Assembly: GCF_002105155.1 (NCBI RefSeq)
Contig: NW_019029024.1
Coordinates: forward strand, 1-64,000
DNA from: Lobosporangium transversale
Lineage: Eukaryota
Length of the DNA: 64,000 nt
Reading direction: 5' to 3'
Position 1 is the first letter of the stretch. Every line of letters begins with the position of its first letter. Of the stretch, positions 12,262 to 26,300 are shown piece after piece. The position numbers and the translations under genes are program-made. The notes under the pieces were generated by a model that was not told where the DNA came from, ran no database searches, and saw only the letters and a program-made list of their open reading frames with translations.

Positions 12262-13426
12262 CTCATTGATACTGTCCTAATAATCCTCTTTTCTTCAATT
12301 GTAGGTCGATGAATTTCATTCATATGTTCAGCCAATCCATCGACCTATTTTGAGCGACTTTTGCAAAGAATTGACCGGTATCTCACAAGAGACGATCGAT
12401 GAGGCGCCCACATTTGTAGAGGTGCTCGCGCTTTTTGAAGCATGGCTCACGAAGCATAAAATCATCCTCGACGAAGATTCTCTAGAATTTGCCATTAGTT
12501 GTAATGACAGTAAAAAGTCAAAGAACAAATCCAAGAGGGAAAAACAGAAGTGGACGAAACAGAGTAACAGAGGCAACGGACACAACCCACTTCACATGCA
12601 GCCTACTGCTGCGGCCGTTAACGATTTCATATACGGTGCCTCATTTTGTTTCATCACAGATGGTCCCTTCGACATTCGTGATTTTATTGCCAAGCAGTGC
12701 CTTCATTCTCAGATCCCTCGCCCATCTTATTTTACTCGACCTTATCTCGATATTAGAACCCGGTTCCGCGACTTTTTTGATCTCATCCAATGGTGCAACC
12801 TCGAAGGCATGCTCACATTTCTGGGACTGGAATTTCAAGGGCGACAACATAGTGGTATCTGCGATGCACGAATGGTCGGGTTAATTGCCAAAGAGTTAGC
12901 AAATGGATTTTCGATAGAGGAGAAACATCCCATTTTTAATGATGCAAACAAATATCTGGTGGCTCCGCAATGGAGTAGTGCAAAGTTGCAGAAACTAAAG
13001 GACGGGTGCGTTCTCAAGTCAAATCGATCGACAGAACAGACATTTGTCAAGATGATTACGTTCAAACGACTAGAAAAACTTGAAGCCATAGCAGCCGCTA
13101 ATGTAACAGCAAAAGAGACTTCATCATCTGCAAAAACATTGTCAACAACAGAGCCAAAAAGGGACATAAAAGCAAAAAAAGGATCAAAGGACCAGAGTGA
13201 TGAAACACTCTCGCCATCACCACCTTTGTCCTCTTCGTTATCATCTGAATCACCTTCATCTGATACAATGGTTGAGTCCGTTGAGCCTGTTGAGCCTGCT
13301 GAATCTGTTGAATCTGTTGAATCTGTTGAATCTGTTGAATCTGTTGAATCTGTTGAATCTGTTGAATCTGTTGAATCTGTTACCACCAGCTCGAGATTCG
13401 CAGTTTTGATGCCAGCTTCAGCTTGA
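11455..13426 (+). CDS. ERI1: ERI1-family DEDDh 3'-5' exoribonuclease with N-terminal SAP domain, 2 exons
   Basis: SAP motif LREQLQLLGLNTKGTKQELKQRL; FDVEATC, EVIEFPVV, VDEFHSYVQP, TDGPFD and GRQHSGICDA motifs. Intron 12217-12304. Confidence 0.92.
11767..12078 (+). repeat. Degenerate 24-bp coding minisatellite, 13 units (8-aa QAEDTxKP-like)
   Basis: Units such as CAGGCAGAGGATACAGACAAACCT read at a 24-nt period between the SAP and nuclease domains. Confidence 0.85.
13271..13381 (+). repeat. 9-bp coding tandem repeat GAATCTGTT x9 (ESV) plus degenerate leading units
   Basis: Perfect copies at 13301-13381. Confidence 0.95.
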
Positions 13427-13575
13427 AGAAAAGTAAAATGTTTGTTTGTCACAAATAAAAGAATATAGTATTTTTTTTTCTTCTTCTTCTTCTTGGACTG
13501 AGCTCATAGATGACTATATTAAACAATGCACCCAATAGGCCGTTGCCCTATTTCATTATTATTCATTATCCCTCC

Positions 13576-14834
13576 TTAGTACTCTCGCAATGTAGCCACC
13601 ATTTGTGCTAGTCTCAATTCCTGTACCTCTAAAACTTCTAAAACTGTATGCAATGCTTCCAATTCCTTTCTCTCTGTAGCGTTCAGTAAGGACTGATCTG
13701 CCTTGACATCCGAACGTTCACATTTCTCCAACAGAATCGCTCTTTTGTTCCGTTCTACAAATCGTCTTTGCCTCAGGTTGCCCATCGTATGGTAGAGCCG
13801 GCCCACTATAGTATCTACAGATTTCTGTAATAAGACTTCCCATAGATAAAACGTCCGTGAAGGTGTGCGTTCATTCGTCTTTGGAACCTCTTGCAAGCTC
13901 AGGACTCCGAAGGTGCACAACGTAGTCAATTTTTCTCTTACATCCTTGATTGGCATCATCGAATATCTTGAAATTTGCTTTTCCTCTAATTTGCCTTTAT
14001 CCAGCAGCATGTTCATGATCCGCACATAAGGAGCTCCGAAACGTGCTGTGACAATGTCTCGAATCATGTTGAGCTTCAAGATCCTGACTGCAGTCTTGAG
14101 GCTTACAATATATTGACCACTTCTTCCTGCGTCCTTCCTTACAACACGCATTGCGTCCTCCTCTAGCAATTGAAAATATTTCTCAAGACATTCATAAGGC
14201 TTTGGTTTGATATTGCTGGATCCCAATTCTTGCGGGTCAAACTCAAGAGTGTCGACCATATTGACATTTGTGGGCAAAGCACTGGAAAGAAGCGCATGAC
14301 TGACAGGGGTCGTAAAGTCTTCCTTGACGTTGATCATCCGTTCTTCTGCTAATCCTAGCATTGTCTGCATGATAGCTGTAGCTGTTGGATTAAGTCGATT
14401 CTCATAAAGCTTGGCAATTTCCTAAAACGTTGTTGGTATTTAAGTGATTGTTATTTTCGATGGATTAATTCAACTTGACTCTATTTCTGTCATCAACTAT
14501 CTCACACCGTGCAAAAGATAAGATAAAAAAAAAAAAAAAAAAAGGATCGACTTACTGTGTTACGCCATCTGATAATAAACCGCTCAAAATTAATCTTAAA
14601 AAACACATCTGTTTCCACTACTTCGACAATGACCAAATCTTTATCTCTGAGTTTAGCACGCTTGCTACCACTGTAATCATCTGTCTCCGTTGATTCCAAT
14701 GACCGTTTCTGGATTTAAATGTTTATGATAATTGAAAAAAGGAGAGGAAAAAAAAAAAAAAAAAGGAAACGAATACTATTAGTTCACATTGTCCCACTTT
14801 CCACTTCATTGCTTTAGCCATCTTTAAAGCATCC

Positions 14835-14866
<32 letters not shown>

Positions 14867-15934
14867 GTTTCTCAGCCCCTTACCAATCCAATGATGCCGC
14901 TATTCTGTTCCTTCGCCTTTTGTACGTCTAGGTTCTTGCGAATGCTGGCAAGTTCCGCGGCAGTTGGAGGCATTGCCATCTTGTCCGTTTCTTTCTTTTC
15001 CTCCGCCATATCTTTATCTGTTTCTGACAACGAATCTGAGGGCCGAACAGCTATCAGGCATTTTTCCTTGACCATCTTTGTAAACACCTTCTTGATAGAG
15101 GAGGACCCTGTCATTGATAGATCACAAAAGGAAAAAAAAAAAAAAAAAAAAAAAAAGCAACAAGCGCATGCGTAAATATCTTTTTTTTTTTTTTTTTTTT
15201 TAAATCAATAATATGATCAAAGGGAAAAAAAAAAGAGACAAAGACAGATGTTGAAGTTACGTTGTTCTTGTGCTTTTGAAGACGTTGTCGTAGAGGGTGC
15301 CGAAGAAACTGTCGTTGTTGATGATGATGGTGGTGATGGGTGATTGGCCAGAATCTCCTTTGTGCAGTCTTCGATTGTCATCTTGCCATGCGCCAGCAAA
15401 GTCAATGCGATCAATCCTCCATCATATTGATACCAATCATGTGCATCCTGAAGAACTCTAGGGATCAAGGTCCGGTGCAGCAACTCGGATCGGTTGATCT
15501 CGTAATAGGTCACAATCCGGGTCCGTTCCTGCAACTCTGCATAAACTGCAATGTTGTGCTGGATCATCACAAGTAGACATTCGCGTACTTGTCGCGGTTT
15601 CAGCTGTGTTAGCTGCACGATCTGTCCAACAGGCATACGACCCTTTCGGAGAAGAATATTTGCAACTTTCTTTTAAGAAGAAAAAAGTAAAAAGAGGTCA
15701 GATCATGTATAAAAGTTAAAACCAAAGGTTGGAATAAGGAACGTTTTCTATTTCATAGCAGTGAAACTTTTTTTTACCTCAACAGTTGGGCCAAAGTGTT
15801 CCCTCACAATGAGGCGGCACAATCGACTCTCTAAAATGAAATGCGAAATCAATTATGAACATGACTGAATTGTCCATACCCCGTATTGTGTAGGGTTTCT
15901 TTGCGTAATTGCTGACACACTCTTCTTCTGCCAT
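13576..15934 (-). CDS. RPC82: DNA-directed RNA polymerase III subunit RPC82/RPC3 (POLR3C), ~6 exons
   Basis: SRLCRLIVREHFGPTVE|KVANILLRKGR, LLVMIQHN, FKINFERF, RFGAPYVRIMNMLLDKGKLEEKQI and LQEVPKTNERTPSRTFYLW motifs. The start exon (MAEEEC...) was inferred from splice phase. Confidence 0.92.
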
Positions 15935-16328
15935 AAATGTCGATTTACTATTTTTTTTTTTTTTTTTTTCCTTTGCCTCTTCTTCCATAATGCCTACCAT
16001 TTCTGCTCATGGTTGGAGATGGAAACCAACGTTGTTAATGAGATACTTATTGTAAGCCTACAATTAATGTCAGTGTCAAGAAAATACTTTGCTCTTGTTG
16101 CTATTTCATAGACGCAGTCGTCTTTTTTTTTGTTTTCTGTGGTATTTAAATGCAAAGCCACCATGCTCTTTTAACGACTGCGCCTTTTTGACACATTGGC
16201 ATGGGGAGCTGTGCTCCCTTAGGATAACAGTTCTGAGCAAGGAAAGGATGTACACCATAGACTTCTGTAGGGAGTTGCAAATTGTAAGCGAATAGGGTGA
16301 AATGTCAGGTATGCGGGTATCATGTGTC

Positions 16329-16359
<31 letters not shown>

Positions 16360-16396
16360 TATTCCAACTTAGTCTAATTATCACAAAATTGCATTT

Positions 16397-18654
16397 TTAA
16401 ATCTGAATACAATGACTACCTGGGAACCATCCTGTGGCATCCTTTCCAACCTTTTTCCCAAAATACCAACCGTTGTCATTCAATCCAAAAACAACTATAC
16501 TCTCTCCTGCTTCAAAATTCAACTGTCTCTCCTCGGTCGAGCTATACGGGTAAATAGCTGTGCACTCAAATAATGCCTGTGCAATACCAATCTCATCCGC
16601 ATCCATCCCCTCATCTAACGCTGGCGGTTTGCTATTTATAAAGTCCTCATATTCTGCATTGTTGCCATTACTACCTCCGAATCCAGAGTTGACTGAATAT
16701 GACGAAGATGATACAGACAAACGTCGAGCGCCAAATGCTCCACTGCCAAAGAGTTCATGATCTTCTAAAGATATCACTGAACCATCATGGAAAATCGACT
16801 CTGGTATCTCGAATGGGTTCTCATCCTCTCCAGGATAGTATCGTGGCTGAGGTTGGAGCGGCGATTGGAGTGATCTAGCACCCGTTGAAGGCGAATCCAT
16901 CAGTCCTCCACCACCACTTTGTGAGCTGGATTTAGAATGCCATGACGTCCTCTCATAGTCAGGAGTGTGAAGTGGAGAAGGAGAGGCATTCGATGATGAT
17001 GAATTGCGAGACCTAGCTCGTAGGCTTCTGGTTCTACTCCTGGTTCGGTGTAGCGCAACCTCACGCATGTCTTCAAATGCCATTTCTTTTTTAAGTAATC
17101 AAAGTATGAAATTTTCATAACAGATCGTTAGTGTTATGTTTTTTTTTCTTCATAAAAAGGTGCTGCTAAATAAAACAAGTAAAAAGCCTTACCATGCAAT
17201 GAAGAAACATTTCTAATCAGTGATACTCTTTCCAGTCGTGCTAGGGGTCCATCATCCCGGGTCATGGCTGCAATGTAATCTTCGCAAATATTCATCGAAG
17301 CCACATAGCCTGCAACATCTCTCGATGCTGTTGGGTCAATACGAGCGACATAAAAGTCTAGAATCTTGGCCTTGACCTGTGAATAAAAGAACATTTGTAC
17401 TTTGCTGAACTCCATGACTATCAGATCAAAGTATTGCGTCGTCAGACCCAGGAACTTTGGCAGCTCATCGAGCAATTGTTCGTTAATCGCCGTATATGCT
17501 GCTGCCGATTCAAGCATGTTTTTGTCAATCTATTGTACAAATGGTTAATAAACTGTATCAAATGTAATCAAGTCACGAATACAGCTAGAACAGTCTTGTT
17601 TTAACATTACTGAAAAAATAAAAAAAAACGTACAGTGTCTCCACGTTCTTTCATGCCTCGGACATTGTCATAATCCAGTAGTTTCTTCTCTCGCTTTTTC
17701 ATGACCTGAAGTGGGCCAGCAAATAGCTTCAAGAAATTTTCAATACCCTTGTAAACGGTTTTTTTGAGCCTAGCTTCCAGTTCTCGTCCAATGGTTTTCG
17801 AGAACTGCGATAGACTCCTATGGAATTCACTGACTAAGATAATCGAATGGCTTTCATTATTTCGATGGATGGGTACCATGTTGTATATTTCCCGAAGCGT
17901 TAACGCATAAGCTTCCTGAGTGTCAAAGTATTCTGATATTGGTAAGAATAAATAAATATATACAAAGTTAATAAACAATAATGATAATAGCGGTATCAAT
18001 ATACGACTATTTATTTTACATTTTGAGATATACTTACGTTTGATGGAAACTAGCCATGCTAGAATGTATTTAGCAAAGTCGCGGGCAAGGCGTTGCTGCA
18101 GATTGAATTTCTCTAAAAGAGCCTCAAATAGAATATCAACCGTGACATCTGATCCACCAACAGCTTGTCGAAGTTGCTGAGTAGTTCTGGCGAATTTTTT
18201 GTTGAAACCATGACTGTAGAAGTAGAAAGAAGAGTTAGGAAAAAAAAAAAAAAAGAAAAAAAAAAAGAATATCAACAGCAACAATTGAGCTCCATCTTAG
18301 AAGAAAACACATACACAATCTATGATGGAGAGTTTATTAAGAATGGAAAGAAGGTACAAAGAAGAAAAAGTCAGTATGAATATTCAACGATTAGCAAGTT
18401 TCAAAGCATAAAGATACTCGAATGGTCCTTACATCGGAGTCGTTCTTCTTTTTTGGTCCAACAATCTTTTCCACAATATCCTTGCGTTTTTTGATATCAT
18501 TAATTTCTTCCGCAATGTGCAGCATTTCCTTTTGCAATGATGCAATGCTTTCAAAATCCACATGATCCGGTGGCGTCAGTGCATGGATTTGCTGTTAGGT
18601 TGGTTGGATACGACATATACAAAAAAGAGTAGCAGGAGTTAGGAGTGACCAGAG

Positions 18655-18686
<32 letters not shown>

Positions 18687-20996
18687 GGAAAATTGAGGAA
18701 CCAACAGTCGAATATTTGTTATTGCCATACGTTAATCAGCAATGGGTACTTGAGAACTCGTTGTACAGGTTTAATCAGCATGCTGGCCAAATCCCAGGTT
18801 GTTGTTCGCCCTTGACACTTTTCTGTACACGCATCAATGAATTCCTTCAGGTCTTTTCGACTATCCAGTTCTTGAAGGTGTTGTGCTGATGCTTCCTGTC
18901 TCTTACAGTATTCCGAATATACGCGCCTGATCCTGGAAGTCTAATACATTTACAAAAAAAAAAAAAAAAAAAATCCCGTACAATACACCATCTATTCGTT
19001 AGTAAGAGAATGGTAGTATCAAGAGAGTATCTCGACATTAGGAAATCAATAAAAACAAAAATTACCATTTGTAAAAAGGCCTCGCCAACGAATGTAGTTG
19101 CATCGTTATACTCCTCATCAGTGGCCCCTCCACAAGCTGGTGTAAGGAGCGCAACGAAATCCATTGTGAGCTCAATAACCTCGTTCAAATTCATAAATAT
19201 AATCTTTTCGTCAGCTTGTGTGAATAGATGTGATTCTGCCATGTCTGTCATATAGACCTATTTCTCAAGATGGAATAAACGTAAAAAGATCCAAGGATAA
19301 GGAAATATATAAATGAGAACTCTCATTTTGCCGTACACTGTTACACACCGGTAACAAGAATGTATCTGATCAAAACACTGGATCGAGAAAAAGAAAAAAA
19401 AAACTAACCTCTTGTAAAAGCAACATGTCCTTCGAAAAGCTAATCTCAGTCTCAAGTAATTCACGGATGACTCTCCGTCTTTTATCCACCCGATGCTTCC
19501 GCTCCTTCTCCTCTGGCGACTCATCTGCTAGTGACAGCGGTGAGGAGGACGACGACAAGATGGAGCTATTGGAACGTGATGGCAGCTTGGGTAGTGTAGA
19601 TCCTAGTGGCGATTCTGGGCGAGGTGCAGCGCGCTGAGGCGCGGGCGGGGCTAGTTTGCCAAGATGCAAAGAGTCTCTTCCAGAGGCGACAGGCCGTCCA
19701 TGGTTACTATTGTGCCTCGACTGTTGGAAAGCAGAGTTGCGTTTAACAATGGATGATGTGCGAACTGGGACCGATGGTCGTACTGGTGCTGAAGCTCGTC
19801 GTACTAATGAAGACCCTGATTCGTCCTCATCACTACCCATGAAAGGATTTCTCTCAGATTCTGGTGAAGGAACTCGTGGCGATGGCGATGTTTCAGGTGG
19901 CGTAGGGGTCTTTGAAATCAAATTGGGCTTGATAGTGGATGAAGGTAGTCTAGGCAATTGCTTGGAAGGATTCAATGGTAGTTGGGGGGACGAGGACGAC
20001 GATTGTGATTCAGAAGCGTAAGGAGAGGGTATTGAGGACGGTTGAGGCGAATCGCTTCTTGTAGAGGAACTAGTATTAGTGTTGATTGAATCCAGGGACA
20101 TATGGGATGACCGAATTGGTGGAGTAGTGGCACCTGTAAGGATGGGCTTAGGGGAGTTGACGGGGGGTTTAGGTTTTGGTCGTGTTGCGCCCTATGGGGA
20201 ACCATAGTCGAAAGATAATGGTGATGGGGTAGATCAAAGGATGTTAGTGTCGAAAGCAAAAAAAGAAAAAAAAAAAGCTATATTATATAATATTCAATCA
20301 TGCTCAACTATGCGGGTCGATAGAATGAACATCCCAATTGCTTACAGGTTTTGGTTGAGACGGGTTGGGTATGAATCCATGCGACTGAAAGCGTGCACGT
20401 AAATTACCAAAGTCTGGCTGGCTATTATCAATCCCATCCCTTGAGGTAGTTGAGTCATTACCGTTAGCGTTATCTTTAGGAGGAGGTGTAGGTGAGGAGA
20501 TCGATCGTCGCCTGCTATTCTCGCTACTACTGTCATTGCGATTGTTATTATTGCTGCTATCGATGTTTAGACTACCGTTTTGGGCGCGTGAGTGCGACAT
20601 GTAATTGGGTCGTCCCGAGCCAGTGCCTCCTCGTACAGGCTCCCTTCCCGCTGAATCTCTTGTGAAGGATCCTGCTGTGTTGCTTGCTCCTGACAGAAAC
20701 AGCGGTGAGCTGTTCTGCTGCCGCTCAAAGGTCTTTCTCAGTTCTCCGAACGCATTGGATGCTGGTACACCGTTATTTGTGACTGTGATTGGTCGAGTCC
20801 GTTGAGAGGTACTCGACGAAGTTGAGGTCGAGGTCAGGAACCCGTTGTTTGTGGCGGTGGGAGGGGTTGCAACATTGTCTATGGGGACAGAAGCCAGTCC
20901 ACTTGGCTTGGGTTTGACAGGTGGCGGTGCTCTTCTTTCTGCGCCTCTACTTGCGCTGCGATTGAGAAAGGATGAGTCTGCAGACTGCATGTTCAT
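16397..20996 (-). CDS. RhoGEF with DH + BAR + C-terminal SH3 domains (Tuba/DNMBP/Gef1-like), multi-exon
   Basis: RRRVIRELLETEISFSKDM and WDLASMLIKPVQRVLKYPLL (DH); KKREKKLLDYD and LLDELPKF (BAR); AIYPY...LNFEAGE...GWYFG...GWFPGSHC (SH3); Pro-rich N-terminus. Confidence 0.9.
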
Positions 20997-22458
20997 TGAT
21001 GATGAAAGACTCAGGGGTGGTTACAATTCCCCTTTACTGTTCAATAGAAAGGATCAGTTTAATCAAAGGTGGCTGAATGAATAAAGAATAATAGTATAAA
21101 AAAGTCTATTATAAAAACCAAGGTAATTTAAGAGCAGAAGAAAGAATGCTGAAACAATGAAGAGAGGAAAGGAGTGGAGAGAAGAGGAAGGGTGTTGATA
21201 GGCCATAACCCACATCAATTAGGTCTGTTTATCATTCATTCAACAACATACAGCACTGTCGCACAGCCCGTACAAACACGTCATAGAGCAAACTTTTTTT
21301 TCTTTTTTTCTTTTTTTTTTTTTTTTCAGTGGCAACTCATACCTCCTTATCACATCCATACTTTTATGCTTCTGCAACAATAGCCATTGTTGTTAGCAAT
21401 TAACTATAAACCTTATGAAAGTCAAGCATTGATTAGAATATGTACACAAACACCTCTTGCTCTACCACCCTTACAAAAACACCAGCCTCTGATACATTAA
21501 CATTTAGCTTCTCTCTTTTCAGTAACTCGAATTTCATATATTTATCCTAATCAAAAGATTGTCCATAAACCATTGAACACCAATATAACATATTCGAGTA
21601 TTAAAAACCTTCATGATTCACATCGATGGCATTTCCCATCATGAAAAATCTGCGCCTAAAAGGGGTCCGAGAGAAAGCGCGTCGATCCCTTAAGAATGGA
21701 ATAACAGAACAGCGTCTAAATGGGCTTGGAGTACGCAGGAACTTATTAGCGCCACATGGCACTAACTGCCAGGACCCAAGGAGTCGTTCACCCGATATAT
21801 GCGTGAGGATGATTAGAATATTGTAGAGTGCAGATTCGAAGAGACTTTGCCATCGTGAACGATACTAATGTTAAAATATCTCGCAGTAGTAATATGATCG
21901 TGTATGACAGTATCTATCAAAACAGAATGATGTCCTATTTCACATCACAAATTCCTCGTGCATGATGGCTCCAGTTCGCTACGATTCCTTCGTCAATCCT
22001 ATCTATCCCGAGGGTAGCTGACGACTTTGTGCATTGTTGCGGTAGCCTTGGACGAGAAACCAAGCAATCAGGATGGATGCGGGGCTCTCTCGTGGGCACA
22101 AAGAAGGTTAATTTGGATAGGGCTATGACATGGAGGCCCATTAGTCTGGGCGTTGGCATGGTAAATAATAATGTGAAACGGCAAAGCCTTATTCATGCTC
22201 ACAAAATAAAATGTTTATACCAGAAAGCTATCGGCTATTTTGCCGGGATTGTACCTGAATCGCACTTAGCGGCAGAAAGTTGCTTGAAAAATATGTTCGC
22301 GAGAGCCAAAACAGTGGTGCTAGCAACCTGAATGACGATTTTGATGAATGACGGGCAATTCCAGTTCCTGTTACGGCTAATTAGCCTTGGTTTCTTGGAA
22401 GACTATCCTCGATTTCATAAGATGGATAGCAATGACTAATAGAAGGTACTCAAAACGG

Positions 22459-22501
22459 CGCCACCATATCAAATGAACGCCACCATACCAAATGAACGCC
22501 A
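22459..22501. repeat. 19-bp direct repeat CGCCACCATA(T/C)CAAATGAA x2.2
   Basis: Read directly; one mismatch between copies. Confidence 0.8.
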
Positions 22502-23367
22502 TATTTTGCTCTTTCATGCCACTACCGTAGTCTATATATGATATATATCTCAAAGAATCTCTGTAAAGCCAGAATATATATCAATTGTCGATCATTCCAG
22601 CAGCTTAATCTGCTTAAAAGCAAAGTAACATTAACAACAAAATAATTACCAACGTCAAATTTACATCTCAACTACTGGAAAATAAACTGTTTCAAGTCGA
22701 TCGACTGCATATCATCGTAGGTTGGAAATCGTTAAAGTTTTCGACAAGAGCATCATCAACGGATGGCAACAGCTGTATCTCTAACTAATAGGCAAGAATA
22801 GGAGGCTTTCTCTGATGGAGGGCAGTATCAAAAGAGGTTTTGAACGAGAGACATCGACCAAGGAAGAGCCTAGGAATACACGATAAGCGGATAGTCATTC
22901 TTTGCATGTTAACGAAGACACGCCTAACATGGGATTGGAATCGACATAGTGCCATGGAATGGTAGCGTGATTTTCATCTACTTTAAATCCTCTCTTCCTC
23001 TCTCTATTGTCCGATCTTGCCTCCGCCTTCAATATTCTTTATCGCTTCTATCTCATTACACATTACACATTGCTCATTGCCTGATAGATATATACTTGAT
23101 ATTTAGTTTTTCTTTTATTAACATGTCTATTAGTACAATGTGCATGTGTGGAGTACATGTCTGTGTCTGTGTCTGTGTATTTTGATGAGGTCACGCAGAT
23201 AATGAATAAAAAACTGAGTGTTATATTGTACAAGGAAGATGATGGCTCAGATAATGAGCTTTTTTTTTTTTTTTTTTTTTGGTTTGTTTTCTTGACAGCT
23301 CTTTAAAAAATCATTGAATCTGTCTTATGAAAGCATCGAAGTGTCGAAATGTGGTTCTGCCGTGTTA

Positions 23368-26300
23368 TCATGTCATAGACGAGAGTGTCGACGTTGAAGA
23401 AGGTGGTGATAGTGATGAGTCCGTTGATAATTTCAGCTTCTTGGGTGGAGGGGGGAAGGTTGCTCGCTGCTCCTGTTGTTGCCCCTGTTGCTGCTTCTGT
23501 TGTTGTTGTTGTTGTTGTTGTTGTTGCTGATGTGGATGATGTTCACCCTCCTCATTTTCACTCTCACGATCCCGATCCCTTTCTCGATCCCGCTCTCGTT
23601 CAGAATCCTCTTCGTACTCGCCTACTGACCGCTCACGTCGTCTTCCATGATGCATTGAGTAGTTGTCTACCCTATCAATATCAATCTCACGATCACGGCC
23701 TCGTTCCCCATATCGAGTTCTCTCATAGTCCCGCTCTTCTTCTCCACCCATAGGGCCATACTCTCGATCTCTTCCGCGGTCACGATCCCGATCTCGGTCA
23801 CGGTCACGGTCGCGATCTCTATCTCTATCTCGACTTCGAAAGTCTGCATAATCTCTATCAGCATCGCGATCACGGCCCCTGTCACGATAATAATAATCAT
23901 CATCATCATAACTTCTTTCGCGAGCACGGTCTCTGCTTCGGTCGTAGCCGCGCCCTGATCGCTCTCTGTAGCGATCATAGTCGCGATCTCTGTCACGGTC
24001 TCGTCCACCCCTGTCTCTATCACGATCCCTAGACCAATCTCTTCCACGATAATCGCCCCGTCTTCTACTATAATCTCGATATCGATCACGCTCTCTGTCA
24101 TGATCGCGATCGCGATCCCTTCCATAGTCATAGTGTCGACTACGACTATAATAATCGTATGCATGGCCTGCACTCTCATGGCTGTCATAGTAACGCTTAG
24201 TATGATCTGGAAGAGGGGGAGGGATAGAGCCGCGATGATGATCATCGTTGCTAAACGAGCCTCGATGATGATCTATCGCATAGGGATCTGCTGGTTGCGC
24301 AAGCGGTACCACAGCTGCGGGTGGTTGCGTCAAAGGACCGTGTCTAGATGGATCGTATGTTGCAGTATGTTCGCCGTAACGGTTTGACATGGGTCCACCA
24401 TTTACAGGATCATGAGCAAATGGCTTCATTGCCTGATCAGCAGCGCGTTCAGCATACATTGGATGGACTGGAGGAAGAGGAGGGACCGAGAGTTGTTGTC
24501 CAGGAGCTGGCGGAGGGACATTTCGGTAGTCCGGCACTATAACTTCTGCTGCACGACGAGTAGCTAGTGCTTGAGGCGCTGATGCAGCTGAATAAGGGAG
24601 GTATGATGGGGATACGGCAGGAAGTGCAGTGATAGTTTCGACTAACGCAGGTGGCTGGTTCATGACAATATCCGGCTTTTGCTCTACAGGAACTATACTA
24701 CCTTCAGAGCCCGCGGATCCTGACATGACAACTAAACCGACGGGAACCGCAGCTGGGGCGGAGACACTGACCGCGCTGGCTGGTTTCAATTCGCCACTTA
24801 AGACATGCTTCCTTGAGCTGGGTGGGCGATTTGGGTCGTTTGGCTTGACTTGCTCTAAATGCTCCATTCGATCCCCATCGCTGGGGTGTCGTGGATGGTG
24901 TGGATGATGTGGATTGTGCTGGTGCTGCGACTTGGGTTTTGCATTGGCCTTCTTTCGCTGCTTGGACTCATACTCGTGCCAATCGCCTTCGATCTTGGGT
25001 AATCTAGTAAAATAAGCGCGTAAAAAAAAAAAAATCAGACGCAATATTGCAACACTATCCTACATAAATCCTACAGGCGGGGATTTGAATAAACAAGTAT
25101 AACAAAATCCAGCTAAAGGTCATACTCTTCTGGCGTGCATGCAGCAGGCTCTTCTTTGGTAAAGTAGTCGAAGTTGGTCAATGCCTCGACAGCCGTTGGT
25201 CGGCGCTTAGGATTGAGGCTTAATAGAGCCTCGGCTAAATCTAAAGCTGCTGGGCTCATGAGCTTGCCAAATAGCTCACGGAATTTTGAAGTTCTCGCCT
25301 CAGAGTTTAAGTGCTTGATCAACTCATACCACGGGAGTTGATCAACATCTGGCCAAGTATCTTTTTGGGGGGTTCCCATCGTTTTCCAAATATTATCCAA
25401 TTGTGTAATCTCATTGTGTCCCTGAAATATCGGCTTGCGAGTAAAAAGCTCTACCATAATACAACCAGCGCTCCACATATCAACCTCTGGCCCATAAGCT
25501 GTTGCTCCAAGAATGAGTTCTGGAGGTCGGTACCATAGTGTGATGACACGATTCGTGTAATCTCGTTTAGTCTTCTTCTGAAAAACGCGCGCAAGTCCGA
25601 AATCTGCCAACTTGAGTTCGCCCAATTTGTTCACCAGCAGATTGGAGCCTGTTACTCGAAGCAAACCCGTCAATATGTGAACAATATTAGTAGTCCTATC
25701 GAGTAGGGTACATAGGCGCATCGCTCTTGCAAAAAGATGTGGATAGCTCACCTTTAATATCACGATGCAGGACACCCTTGTGATGCAAAAACCCAAGGCC
25801 TTCAAGCAGTTGCTTCATTAAGCACTTGATATGTTCCGGTCGGAATTTTAGATGAGGATGCCCTAGAATTCCCGTTAGATCGTGGTCCATGTATTCAAAT
25901 ACCATGTACACCGCACCTTTCGATACCATAAGCTCCTTTAAACTGACAACATGGCGATGACTTAGGGACTGTAACAACTTAATCTCTCGCATCGCGGTAA
26001 TAGGGAACTGTCCGGTAATAGCCATAGGACAAAAAAAAAGTTAATTATCCTTCCATATAAAAGTACAATAAAAAAGAAAAAGAGGAAAGAGAAAGCTTTG
26101 CACGTACCCCATCCTTCTCAGCCTCCATGCGAATCCTTTTGAGCGCAACATACTCTCCTGTCTGTTTGTTCCGGGCTTTATATACTTTGCTGTTGACGTC
26201 AAGAAATAATGAGTAGTTGAAGTGAAGTGCAGTTAGTAAATTTTTGCCTCCGTATTATAGCACAGTCAGAGAATAAAGCCAAGCATTGAAGCCATACCCG

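Noticed and set aside
13271..13381. Regular repeats resembling a CRISPR array
   Set aside because: Head-to-tail coding repeat with no spacers and no cas genes, in a eukaryotic locus.
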